This document shows positions 43,443 to 52,998 of a stretch of DNA of 64,000 nucleotides, piece by piece; within the stretch, counting starts at the first letter, position 1, and every line of letters starts with the position of its first letter. Where the stretch lies: positions 2,703-66,702 of the forward strand of contig JBKQWE010000026.1 in NCBI GenBank assembly GCA_052139675.1, read 5' to 3'. The position numbers and the translations under genes are program-made. The notes beneath the pieces are model-generated. The model was not told where the DNA came from and did not search any database. It saw only the letters and a list, made by a program, of their open reading frames with translations. The stretch comes from Candidatus Brocadiia bacterium. GTDB lineage: Bacteria; Planctomycetota; Brocadiia; CAIUPP01.

Positions 43443-44717
43443 TCACCGGCCGGCCTCGCGCTTCGGCCCGAAGCGGGCGACCCATGCAGGCGTGGCGACG
43501 AAGCCCAGGCCCTCCCAACTGGCCGGATCGGCGGTGGCTTCGATTTCAAAAAGCTTCCGCAGCGTCGGGTCATAAGGCGCCAGGGCGGTCCAGAGCAGGC
43601 CCGGCGGCACGCGCGCGGCGGGCTTCTCGCCATCAATCCGCTGGAATTCCGGGTTCTTGAGCTGCTGGTTCCACATGAAATCCCGGTTCGTGGCGATGAG
43701 GCGGGCGATGTCTTCCTTCGTGAAGACCAGGCCATGCTCCCACGCCGCCGCGATCGCGTCCACGTCCAGCCGGTAGTAGCGGCCGTTCGGGTGCACGCCC
43801 ACCCAGTGCTTGAGCGAGCCATCCGGCTTGTAGTCCCACGGGCCGGCCGGGTCCCAGTAGTTCCAGACGAAATACTTGCCGTTCTCGCGGAGCCTCATGC
43901 GCGACTTCTGCACGCGCATCCACTTCTCGACCCGTTCCCGGTAGATCGGTTTCTGCGTCACGTCGTACATGGCGATCATCCACAGGGTGATCGAGTTTTC
44001 CTTGTTGTCCGGCATGGAGACGCCGTCGGTTTTTCTCTGCTCGTATCCCTCGGTCCACTGGCCGGTCCGGCGGTCAATCCCGAAGGGCGGGATGACCCAG
44101 ACCCCGCCGCCGTCCTTGGTCTCGCGCCAGGCGCCGCGCGATTCCCATTTCTCGAACGTGCGTTCGGCGAGCCGGATGTATTCCTCGGCCTTCGCACCGT
44201 ATTCCTTCTTCAGGGCCGGCGACTTGAGGATCTCGCCGGCCATCAGCACGATGGGGCGAAAAAACCACGCGTCGCCCACCTCCGTATCCGTATAGCGCTC
44301 CTTCATGCCGTCGGGAAGGTACTCGAGGACGTCGCCGTTCTCATCCCTGGGCCAGCCGATGTACCCGTCCGGCTCCTTCACCCCGCGCTTCACCACGGAG
44401 TCGGTCCAGTCTATGAACCGGTCCACCCACTCGCGGTCGCCCGTGGCCATGTAGCCCTGGCAGAACCCGCTCAGGAACGGGCCGCCGACCACGTCGGCGA
44501 TCGCCTCGCCCATGACCTGGTCGCACCAGCGCGTGCGGCTCTCGCGGAGGATGGTCTCCTTCCAACGCTGCATCCACTCCCTGGCGAGCGCCGGATCCAT
44601 GCGCGCTCCTGCCGTCGCCGCGTCGTTCGTCTGGCCCTGGGCGATGGAGAAACTGCACGGAAGAATCCCCGCGAGGAGCAGTCCGCAGATCGCGCCGCCG
44701 TACAATCTACGTGTCAT
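43443..44717 (-). CDS. secreted protein, same uncharacterised family (copy P6; subfamily B)
   Basis: Start ATG 44717 (MTRRLYGGAICGLLLAGILPCSFSIAQGQT) with a GGAAAGGG ribosome-binding site. Confidence 0.7.
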   Translation of the reverse strand: MTRRLYGGAICGLLLAGILPCSFSIAQGQTNDAATAGARMDPALAREWMQRWKETILRESRTRWCDQVMGEAIADVVGGPFLSGFCQGYMATGDREWVDRFIDWTDSVVKRGVKEPDGYIGWPRDENGDVLEYLPDGMKERYTDTEVGDAWFFRPIVLMAGEILKSPALKKEYGAKAEEYIRLAERTFEKWESRGAWRETKDGGGVWVIPPFGIDRRTGQWTEGYEQRKTDGVSMPDNKENSITLWMIAMYDVTQKPIYRERVEKWMRVQKSRMRLRENGKYFVWNYWDPAGPWDYKPDGSLKHWVGVHPNGRYYRLDVDAIAAAWEHGLVFTKEDIARLIATNRDFMWNQQLKNPEFQRIDGEKPAARVPPGLLWTALAPYDPTLRKLFEIEATADPASWEGLGFVATPAWVARFGPKREAGR

Positions 44718-44922
44718 AGCGACCCTTTCCGATCCGTTCAACAAGCCGCGCCTTCATGCTGCGACAGGCTGACGCCAGCGAGCGACTTTACCACAGGGAA
44801 CCGGCAACCTCAATAGTCACGGCGCCGCGCGGCCGGCGATCAGCATGCGCGCGCCGCCGGGCTCCCGACCGGCCGGGATTGAGGTTCACCCGCCCCATGA
44901 GGACAAGGGAGGCTTCCGTCCT

Positions 44923-46335
44923 TCACTGCGTGTAGCCGAGGCTCTTCAGTTGTCTGAGCAGCTCCGGATCCGGTTCATTCGCTTTCCCCGTATTGACCTT
45001 GGCAATTGAGGTCGGCCCCGTCGTCAAGGCTCGGAGTGCGGCCTCCGGACAGGCTTTCTTCAGGTCCGCGCCGGCGACGACCTTTTCGCGGTCGCCTGTC
45101 ACCTCTTCCAGTTGGGCTTCGGCAAGCGTTCCCGGCGTGCCCAAAAGCTTGTGATGGTCCCATCGAACCGCTCTCAAGTTACACTCAAACTCCGCCAGCT
45201 CGCTGTAGATCAGGCGCTCGGGGACCGGCTTGTCGCTCAGAATCATGGGCGACAGGTCAATCCCTTGAATCTTCGAGGGGCACGGCAGTTGGAGAAGCCC
45301 CAGCGCCGTCGGCATCAGGTCAACATGGCTGACGTTTCCGGCCACGCGCTTGCCGGCCGGGATGACACCCGGCAGCCGCATGATCAGCGGCGCGTGCAGT
45401 TCCTCTTCGTACAGGCTGTTGCCGTGGTAGAGCAGGCCATGTTCAAGAAATGCCTCGCCGTGATCGGACAAAACGATCACCAGCGTCTTCCCGGAAATCC
45501 CCAGGTCCTGAAGGAGTTGAAGGATCTTGCCGACATGCTCGTCCGTGAAGGCGATTCCCCCGTCGTAAAGAGCCTCCATATGCGCCAGGTCCCTGATCGA
45601 GATCCGCGACATGAGATCGTCTCGCTTCGCGCGCTGCATGATGGCGCGGCCGTTCTCCCGGCCTTTGTAATCGGGGTCGAATTTCCTGTCGAAGGGCGCG
45701 GGCGGATAATAGTCGCTATGGCAGTCCCAATAGTGCAGGAAGAGGAAGAAGTTCTCCCGGGAATGCTTCTTGAGCCATTCCGTGGCCAGATCCGTAATCA
45801 CGGGATTCCTGCGGACTGGGGGGGCGCGTAAAGCCGTCATCTTCAAGACCGTGAAGTCGTCATATGATTTGAAGCCGCGGTCGAATCCGAAGTGGTGATC
45901 CAGCGAGGGACCATTGATGAAGGCCTGCGTCAAGTATCCGATTTTGGCCAGACACTGCGCCAGCGTCGGAACGCCTTCGCCCAGTTGACTGCGAATGGTC
46001 TCCACGCCGTGGACGCTGGGATAAAGGGAGGTGAACATGCTCATGTGCGACGGCACCGTCCAGGACGACGCCGAGGTCAAGTTCTCAAAAAGGACCCCTT
46101 CCCTGGCCAGTTGGTCGAGATGGGGCGAGGTGTCCTGGTTATAGCCGTAGCATTTCAGGTGGTCGGCGCGCAGGGTATCTATCGAGATGATCAGCAGATT
46201 ATACTTGATCGGCGGCGGCGGCGCGGCGGGGCGCCGACAGTCAAGGCCGATGAAGGAAATCAACACCAGGCAGCACAGAAAGCCTCGGACGCAACGCGAG
46301 GCAAGCCCGGAAGATGCCGCTTGGGTGCGCATCAT
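44923..46335 (-). CDS. sulfatase-fold (alkaline-phosphatase superfamily, PF00884-like) membrane-anchored enzyme with Thr at the nucleophile position; probably a hydrolase/transferase, not a true sulfatase
   Basis: Start MMRTQAASSGLASRCVRGFLCCLVLISF (N-terminal anchor). ISIDTLRADHL...SASSWTVPSHMSMFTSLYP aligns to sulfatase C-x-P-x-R but reads T-V-P-S-H. Confidence 0.7.
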   Translation of the reverse strand: MMRTQAASSGLASRCVRGFLCCLVLISFIGLDCRRPAAPPPPIKYNLLIISIDTLRADHLKCYGYNQDTSPHLDQLAREGVLFENLTSASSWTVPSHMSMFTSLYPSVHGVETIRSQLGEGVPTLAQCLAKIGYLTQAFINGPSLDHHFGFDRGFKSYDDFTVLKMTALRAPPVRRNPVITDLATEWLKKHSRENFFLFLHYWDCHSDYYPPAPFDRKFDPDYKGRENGRAIMQRAKRDDLMSRISIRDLAHMEALYDGGIAFTDEHVGKILQLLQDLGISGKTLVIVLSDHGEAFLEHGLLYHGNSLYEEELHAPLIMRLPGVIPAGKRVAGNVSHVDLMPTALGLLQLPCPSKIQGIDLSPMILSDKPVPERLIYSELAEFECNLRAVRWDHHKLLGTPGTLAEAQLEEVTGDREKVVAGADLKKACPEAALRALTTGPTSIAKVNTGKANEPDPELLRQLKSLGYTQ

Positions 46336-46636
46336 CGAGAAGCACTCCGATACTTCAGATTGACGGAGGCCGCCCAGACCAGACGCTCCGAAGGCAGCCG
46401 GCGCCGCCAACGGGATGACTTTACCACAAGGAACTAACCGCCGCAATGGTTCCGGCCGCGGGCGACCGAAGTTCCCGCAGCCTTTTCGGCAAAGCTCAGG
46501 CGATTGTCCCGATGTTTTTTCGTTGCCGTTTGGTATTCCGCGAAGTAGAATGCCGCGGAGTCGGGCGACGTGGCCACCGGCCGGCCGCCGGTCCGGGAAA
46601 TCATCCGACGGGTGTTATAACAGTGAGGGAACGGCC

Positions 46637-47104
46637 ATGACGACGGAAGAGCGGCTGGAGAAAGTGGAGAAGGAATCGGCCGCAGCGAAGCGGCAGCTTC
46701 GACGGCTGATGATCGGCGGGCCGATCGGGCTGGCATGCGTCGCAGTCCTCCTGGCGCTGTGGGCGCGGCCGGCGGAGGTGCAGGCGCGAAAATTCGTCCT
46801 GCTCGACGAGAACGGCAAGACTCGCGCCCTGCTGGCCATGGAGGAGTTCGGGCCGAGGCTGAGCCTGGCCGACGCGCAAGGCAAGACCCGCGCCGCGCTG
46901 TGCGTGGCGAAGACCGGGCCGGTGTTGAACCTGTCCGACATGAACGGCACCGCCCGCGCCGGCCTCGCCGTGCTGAAGGATGGGCCGGTGCTGAACCTGG
47001 ACTATGGGAACGGCAAGACCCGCGCCCTGCTGGCCGTGGAAGAGGGCGGACCGGGCATGCGGTTGTACGACGGGAACGACAAGATCCTCTGGTCCGCGCC
47101 GTAA
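46637..47104 (+). CDS. small membrane-anchored tandem-repeat protein (4.5 x ~22-aa repeats, xNGKTRAxLAVxxxGPxLNLxD)
   Basis: GAGGGAA ribosome-binding site before ATG 46637. N-terminal hydrophobic helix, then DENGKTRALLAMEEFGPRLSLA / DAQGKTRAALCVAKTGPVLNLS / DMNGTARAGLAVLKDGPVLNLD / YGNGKTRALLAVEEGGPGMRLY / DGNDKILW. Confidence 0.5.
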   Translation: MTTEERLEKVEKESAAAKRQLRRLMIGGPIGLACVAVLLALWARPAEVQARKFVLLDENGKTRALLAMEEFGPRLSLADAQGKTRAALCVAKTGPVLNLSDMNGTARAGLAVLKDGPVLNLDYGNGKTRALLAVEEGGPGMRLYDGNDKILWSAP

Positions 47105-47141
47105 CGGTCGCGAGAACGGCGGCAGGGAACCCTTCCATCCT

Positions 47142-48580
47142 TCACTGGGTGTAGCCGAGGCTCTTCAGCCGGCCGATGAGTTCCGCATCCGATTCATCCG
47201 ATTTCCCCGCATGGGCCGTGGAGATCGAAGGCGGGCCCTCTGTGAAGGCTCGGAGCGTCGCTTCCGGACAGGCTTTCTTCAGGCCCGTCCAGTCGGCAAT
47301 GACCTTCTCGCGGCCGCCGGCCACTTCTTCCAATTGGGCGCCGGCCAGTGTTCCCATCGTGCCCAGGAGCTTGCGATTGCCCCAGCGAACCGCTCTCAAG
47401 TTAAGCCCGCTGAACGTCATCTCGCTGTAGATCAGGCGCTCGGGAACCGCCTGATCGCCCAGGATCATCGGCGACAGGTCAATCCCTTGCATCTGCGCGG
47501 GGCCCCTCAGATGAAGGAGCCCCAGCGCCGTCGGCATCAAGTCAACGTGGCTGATATTTCCGGCCACGCGCTTGCCGGCCGGGATCACGCCCGGCAGCCG
47601 CATGATCAGAGGGACGTGAAGCAGCTCTTCGTACAGGCTGTTGCCGTGGCGAAGCTTGCCGTGCTCGAGGAATGCCTCGCCGTGATCGGATAGAACGATC
47701 ACCAGCGTCCTCTCGGAAATCCCCAGGTCCTGGAGCAGTTGAAGGATCCTGCCGACGTGCTCGTCCGTGTGGGCGATTTCCCCATCGTAGAGAGCCATCA
47801 TGTGCGCCAGGTCCATGACCGAGATATACTTCAGGATGTCTCGCTCGCGCTCGAAGACACGGCGGCCATTCTCTGCACCCTGGTAGCCGGGGTCGAATTT
47901 CCTGTCGTAGGGCGCGGGCGGAACATAGTCGTAATGGCAGTCCCAATAGTGCAGGAAGAGGAAGAAATTCTCGCGGGAATGCTTCTTGAGCCATTGTGTG
48001 GCCAGATTCGTGATCACAGGATTCGTGACGACCCGGTCAAGCCTGCCGCTGTCCTGCAGCGCCGCTGCTCCCGGTTCCTCGAACGTCAGGCCGACTGTGA
48101 AATCATCATAGAAACGGAAGCCGCGGTTGAATCCGTAGCGGTGGTTCAGCGGCGGCCCCGTGACGAACGCCGCGGTCACATATCCGCTTTGGGCAAGGCA
48201 CTGCGCCAGGGTCGGAACGCCTTCGCCCAGCTTATTATCGAAGTCCTGCACGCCGTGGACGCTGGGATAAAGCGAGGTGAACATGCTCATGTGCGACGGC
48301 ACCGTCCAGGACGACGCCGCGGTCAGATTCTCAAAAAGGGTCCCTTCCCTGGCCAGTTGATCGAGATGAGGCGAGGTGTCCCGGTCGTAGCCGTAGCATG
48401 TCAGGTGATCGGCGCGGCAGGTATCTATTGAGATGAGGAGAAGGTTGTACCTGGGCGCCGGCGGCGGCTCCGCCGCGCAGACGGTCAGGGTGGACAGACA
48501 GCAGACCAGGATCAGGCCGGCCAGAACGCAGCCGGCCGCTCGCAAAAGACCGCCGACGCGCCTAAAACATCGGCTTCCCA
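47142..48580 (-). CDS. sulfatase-fold enzyme, paralog of 44923..46335 (Thr nucleophile position)
   Basis: Start MGSRCFRRVGGLLRAAGCVLAGLILV. Same TSPHLDQLAREGTLFENLTAASSWTVPSHMSMFTSLYP motif. Its 5' end overlaps the stop of the upstream gene by 19 nt. Confidence 0.7.
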
Positions 48581-50763
48581 TCCAAGCCCTCGGGCAGCGG
48601 GACATTGAACGCGCGCAGGATCGTCGGGGCGATGTCCACCAGGGACGGCGATTGGGCGGTGCAGTGCACGTTGCTGACGAACGTGCCCGGCACGCACGGG
48701 GCATCCACGAGATGATCGCCGTCCCACGATTCGTTGTTCGCCACCACGGCGGCGCCCGCCGGGCCGGCGCCCACGGCCGTCTGCCACGAGGCGCGGTAAC
48801 CGGGGTGATAGCCCATGATCAAGTCGGGCGCTTCCTCGACGCATTCACCCTTGTACACGTCTTCCTTCCGGTACACGTTGCGCACCACCGGCTTGCCCGT
48901 GTCCGGATCGTTCCACGCGCGGAGTTTCCGCACCAGCTCGTCCTGGAGCTGCCGCGCCTCTTCGCCGCGCTGCACGATGCCCTGCCCGTCGCGCCCGGCG
49001 ATGTTCAGGTACAGGCTGCAGAATCCCACGGCGTAGGCTTTGGTCCTCGACCAGTCCACGTTCTTCAGGAGCGGCGCTTCTTCGGCGTCGTCGGAATCTT
49101 TAAGGTGCATGTACCCGTTCTGGATGAGCCAGCGGTTCAGATGGACGGCGCGGAGGAAGCTCGTGAAGCCGTGGTCGGAGAGGACGAAAATCGCCGTGTC
49201 CTTGTCCACCTTCGCCAGCGCCCTGCCGAGGACGGCGTCCATCCGCTTGTAGTGCTCGATAATCGCCGGCGCGGAACTGGTCTCGGTGGGCGGCCGCGTG
49301 CGGGCGGCGTCATCGTCCTCCCAATACATGTGCTCGATCCGGTCGCTCGTGTCGAAGACGATGGCCAGCAGGCCCTTGTCGAACTTCTTCAGTTCCAGGT
49401 CGAACATCGCCTCGCGCTCGGTCGTGAGCCGATCGCACAACTGCAGGAACGCCGTCGAAGGAATGCGCCCGTGCAGGACGGCCTGCGTGTCCTCGGGCAT
49501 GCCGAGCGTGGAGAACGAGCCGATGGCCCGCGCCAGGTCGCCGGCGCCGCCGGCCGGGTGGCTGATCGGGAACGCGGGGTTCTTCGGGTCAATCTGGGGC
49601 GCGGTGGCGTAGAGCTTCAAGTCCGGCTCCAGGCTCACCAGATAAAACCGCACCATCGCCGGGCAGTCGCGCGAGATGCCGCCCGGGAAGGAGATGGAAA
49701 GGTAGTCCGACCATTGTCCCGGCGCCAGGTCCAGCGGGTCGTTCTTTCCGCAGCGCAGCGTGATTTTCTGCTGCTCGGGGACGCGCTGGATGCTCAGGGG
49801 AACGGCGCTGGTCTTCTGGCCGGTGAACCCCATGACCAGCGGGCCGGGGATTTCCGTCTGGATAGCCGACCCGTTCCACGTCACCTCCACGACGCGGTCG
49901 GGGGCCTTGTCGTCGGCGGCGAGGGGCGCCGTGGTGAAAAAGGCGTAACGGCCCAAAGAGCCGGTCACGTCGGGCGTGCCCAGGCCGCTCAGCAAGCTGC
50001 CGTTGACCGGCTGCGCGGGGAAAGTCACCGGCCAGCGCAGGACCACCGTCGGGATGCCCTGTGCGCCCAGGATGTCCCAGAACGCCTTCTGCGCGGAGGG
50101 AAGAACATACGGCTGGCCGGATCGCCGCCAGGAGCCTTTGGTGGAAGTCTTCAGGATCGAGAGGTCCGGCAGATAGTTCTCGGGGTTGCGGCGGATGTAA
50201 TCGAAAAGGCCGTGCCGGCCGGGGTTCATGCCGGTCGCGGCGGACATCCACGCCACCGGGCTCTCGGGCGGAATCGCCGTCTGCAGCGTCGAGAACGTCC
50301 CTTCGCGCGCGAGCTTGGCGAAATTGGGCATGCGGCCGTCGTCCATCATGCGCTCGACCAGCCGCGGGTCCAGCCCGTCAATGCCGATCACGATCACCCG
50401 TTTGTACGCCACCTCGCTCCCTTTCGTTGCCAGCGCAACCGACGCACGCCCACGATGCTCGACCAGCCCAAACCCCAGGACAAGCAGGCCGCAACCGACC
50501 GCGATCAGCGCGATGGTGCGGCCCTTCATTTTCCTGATTGCCGGGAACTTCCTCCAGAAGCCCGTGACGCGCAGCACCACCGCCCAGAACAGAAAGAACA
50601 CGGCGGAGACGCACCCGATAATGATCCCGATGATAGGGCCCAGGCTGCTCCAGACCTGCTGCGCGGTGCCCGGATCAATGTAGGCGAAGGCGCTCGGCGC
50701 GCCGAGAATTGCCATCAGGAGGATGGTCAGCATCAGTTTCACTCGAAGGCCGCGCGGGCGCAT
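48562..50763 (-). CDS. membrane-anchored alkaline-phosphatase-superfamily enzyme, type I phosphodiesterase / nucleotide pyrophosphatase (NPP) family
   Basis: True start ATG 50763 ([21 protein letters not shown]), sharing 1 nt with the cysN stop (TGATG). Three N-terminal transmembrane helices, then VIVIGIDGLDPRLVERMMDDGRMPNFAKLAREGTF...HGLFDY, a PF01663-like core. Confidence 0.65.
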   Translation of the reverse strand: MRPRGLRVKLMLTILLMAILGAPSAFAYIDPGTAQQVWSSLGPIIGIIIGCVSAVFFLFWAVVLRVTGFWRKFPAIRKMKGRTIALIAVGCGLLVLGFGLVEHRGRASVALATKGSEVAYKRVIVIGIDGLDPRLVERMMDDGRMPNFAKLAREGTFSTLQTAIPPESPVAWMSAATGMNPGRHGLFDYIRRNPENYLPDLSILKTSTKGSWRRSGQPYVLPSAQKAFWDILGAQGIPTVVLRWPVTFPAQPVNGSLLSGLGTPDVTGSLGRYAFFTTAPLAADDKAPDRVVEVTWNGSAIQTEIPGPLVMGFTGQKTSAVPLSIQRVPEQQKITLRCGKNDPLDLAPGQWSDYLSISFPGGISRDCPAMVRFYLVSLEPDLKLYATAPQIDPKNPAFPISHPAGGAGDLARAIGSFSTLGMPEDTQAVLHGRIPSTAFLQLCDRLTTEREAMFDLELKKFDKGLLAIVFDTSDRIEHMYWEDDDAARTRPPTETSSAPAIIEHYKRMDAVLGRALAKVDKDTAIFVLSDHGFTSFLRAVHLNRWLIQNGYMHLKDSDDAEEAPLLKNVDWSRTKAYAVGFCSLYLNIAGRDGQGIVQRGEEARQLQDELVRKLRAWNDPDTGKPVVRNVYRKEDVYKGECVEEAPDLIMGYHPGYRASWQTAVGAGPAGAAVVANNESWDGDHLVDAPCVPGTFVSNVHCTAQSPSLVDIAPTILRAFNVPLPEGLDGKPMF

Positions 50764-52001
50764 CAGAGGTTCACCTCCTGGACGAGGCCGCCGCCGGCTG
50801 TTTCCGGCCCGCGCGTCAGGATCAGGCGGCCGAGTTCCGGGACGCAGGAGGGAAGCTCCGCGACGATCGGCCGGTCGAGAGCGATGACGACCTCGCCCAG
50901 CTCCGTCTCCTCCAGGCGGTCCGCCGGCGCTTCCAGCGTTTCCAGCGAGGCCGAATCCATCCGCCGCTCGATGGACTCGACCCTGCCGGAAATCTCCTGC
51001 GTCGAAAGACGCACCTGAAGCGCTTCTCCCTTCCGGCAGGCATTGCCCGCCATCCAGAAGACGCTGGCGCGGAACCGGCTCGTCGGGCTCGGCAGCGTCC
51101 CCGCGCAGCCGATGTCTCCGCGCGAGGGCAACCGGGCGGAATCGAGCGCCAGCCCGATGCATTCGCCGCTGACCGCTTCGTTGCGCTCCTGGCCGAAAAC
51201 CTCGACGCCCGTCACCCGGGTCTTCAGGCCCGAAGGCAGGAATAGAAGCGCCTGGCCCGCCTCCAAGCGCCCCGACTCGATGCGCCCGACCAGGAGCTTG
51301 CGCCCGTTCCAGGCGTAAATATCCTGAACCGGGAACCGCAGCGGCCCCTCGACGGACCGCGAGATCGCCTGCAGCGCGTCGAGCGCTTCCAGGAGGATGG
51401 GACCGTCATACCAGCTCATGGCGTCGGAACGATGCTCGACGTTCTCGCCCAGCAGCGCCGAGCCGGGAATAGACGATGCGGACTCCAGGCCCACGGCCTT
51501 GAGATACTGCCTTGCCGCTTCGGCCACGGCCTCGAACTGCGCGCGATCATGGTTGACCTTGTCCATCTTGTTGATCCAGACGAGCACCTGGCGGATTCCC
51601 ATGAGGGAGAGGAAATGGGCATGCCGCTTCGTCTGCTCGCGCACCCCTTCGCACACGTCCACGACCAGGACCGCCGCCTCGGCCTGGGCGGCGCCGGTGA
51701 TCATGTTGCGCATCAGCTCCCGATGGCCGGGCGCGTCTATGATGACGTAGTCGCGCCGGGGCGTGTGAAAGAAGGCCTGGGCGGTGTCAATGGTCATCTC
51801 GTCCCGGCGCTCTTCCTGGAGGTGGTCCATCAGGTGGGCGTACTCCATCTCGCGCCCGCGCTCCAGGGAGACCTGGCGGATCTCCTCCAGCCTTTCCGGC
51901 GCCACGGAGCCGGTGTCGCTGAGGAGCCGGCCGATGAGCGTGGATTTCCCGTGGTCGAGATGGCCGACGATGACCAGCTTGAGGGTCTCGCGTTCCGGCA
52001 T
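50763..52001 (-). CDS. cysN: sulfate adenylyltransferase subunit 1 (GTPase CysN; no APS-kinase fusion)
   Basis: G1 [27 protein letters not shown] boxes, followed by EF-Tu-like beta-barrel domains. Confidence 0.8.
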   Translation of the reverse strand: MPERETLKLVIVGHLDHGKSTLIGRLLSDTGSVAPERLEEIRQVSLERGREMEYAHLMDHLQEERRDEMTIDTAQAFFHTPRRDYVIIDAPGHRELMRNMITGAAQAEAAVLVVDVCEGVREQTKRHAHFLSLMGIRQVLVWINKMDKVNHDRAQFEAVAEAARQYLKAVGLESASSIPGSALLGENVEHRSDAMSWYDGPILLEALDALQAISRSVEGPLRFPVQDIYAWNGRKLLVGRIESGRLEAGQALLFLPSGLKTRVTGVEVFGQERNEAVSGECIGLALDSARLPSRGDIGCAGTLPSPTSRFRASVFWMAGNACRKGEALQVRLSTQEISGRVESIERRMDSASLETLEAPADRLEETELGEVVIALDRPIVAELPSCVPELGRLILTRGPETAGGGLVQEVNL

Positions 52002-52010
52002 GTCCGCTTC

Positions 52011-52805
52011 CTACATATAGCCCAGGGCCCGAAGCTTCTGCATGGTGTAGGCGGCCTCCTTGTCCTGGGCGCGGCCGCTGCGTTCGGAGGTTCGCGTGGT
52101 GAGAAGTTCCTCGACGATCTGATCCAGGGTCTCGGCCGTCGAAGGCACCGGCTCGCAACAGGTCGCGCAGCCGATGCTGCGATAGCGTTTTCCGCCCTTG
52201 GCGAAGTAGAGATTGACGATGGGAATCTGCTCGCGGCGGACGTACGACCAGACGTCCACCTCGCGCCAGTGCAGCAGCGGATGGACTCTTACGTGCGTGC
52301 CGCCTTCGGCCTGGGACTTGTACTGGTCCCACATTTCGAGCGGCTGGTTCTGGTAGTCCCACTGAAATTGTTCGTCGCGCGGGGAGAAATAGCGCTCCTT
52401 GGAGCGGATGCCGTGCTCGTCGCGGCGGATGCCGAGGAGCAGCGCCTGGAACTTGAACTTCTCGATGGCCTGGCGCAGGGCGTCGGTCTTGAGGGCCGTG
52501 CAGCAGGCGAATTTCTCGCCGTGCGGGCCCATGCCGGCGGCGATCGCCTCCTCGTTGCGCACGATGCGCAGGTCCAGGTCCCACTTCTTGGCGTATTCGT
52601 CCCGGAACGCGTAAATTTCCGGGAACTTATAGCCGGTGTCAATGTGCAGGATGGGGAACGGAATCTTGCCGAAGAACGCCTTGCGCACCATCCAAAGCAG
52701 CGTGGTGGAGTCCTTGCCGATGGACCAGAGCATCGCCATCTGGCGGAAGTGATAGTAGGCCTCGCGGATGATATAGATCGTCTGGTTCTCAAGCGAATCG
52801 AGCAT
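52011..52805 (-). CDS. cysD: sulfate adenylyltransferase subunit 2 (CysD, PAPS-reductase-like ATP pyrophosphatase fold)
   Basis: SIGKDSTTLLWM (PP-loop), HIDTGYKFPE and C-terminal LRALGYM typical of CysD. Confidence 0.8.
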   Translation of the reverse strand: MLDSLENQTIYIIREAYYHFRQMAMLWSIGKDSTTLLWMVRKAFFGKIPFPILHIDTGYKFPEIYAFRDEYAKKWDLDLRIVRNEEAIAAGMGPHGEKFACCTALKTDALRQAIEKFKFQALLLGIRRDEHGIRSKERYFSPRDEQFQWDYQNQPLEMWDQYKSQAEGGTHVRVHPLLHWREVDVWSYVRREQIPIVNLYFAKGGKRYRSIGCATCCEPVPSTAETLDQIVEELLTTRTSERSGRAQDKEAAYTMQKLRALGYM

Positions 52806-52998
52806 GTGGGCCGCCAGAGGCAGTGATCGGAGTTTCCCGGATGGCTTTCGTCCGCATGACGGTCAGCCATCGGACTGACTATTCCATTTTGACGCTCCGG
52901 GTCCGAATTGTCAAGCAAATTCTCGGATTGACAGCGCTTTCACTCTCCTGCGATTTGTGGTAAACACCAGATTGCGGGGCTGTTAACCGCTTAACGCT

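Noticed and set aside
44923-48580. Calling the two PF00884-fold genes arylsulfatases
   Set aside because: The formylglycine-site motif reads T-V-P-S-H rather than C/S-x-P-x-R, so they are annotated as sulfatase-fold transferase or hydrolase enzymes instead.
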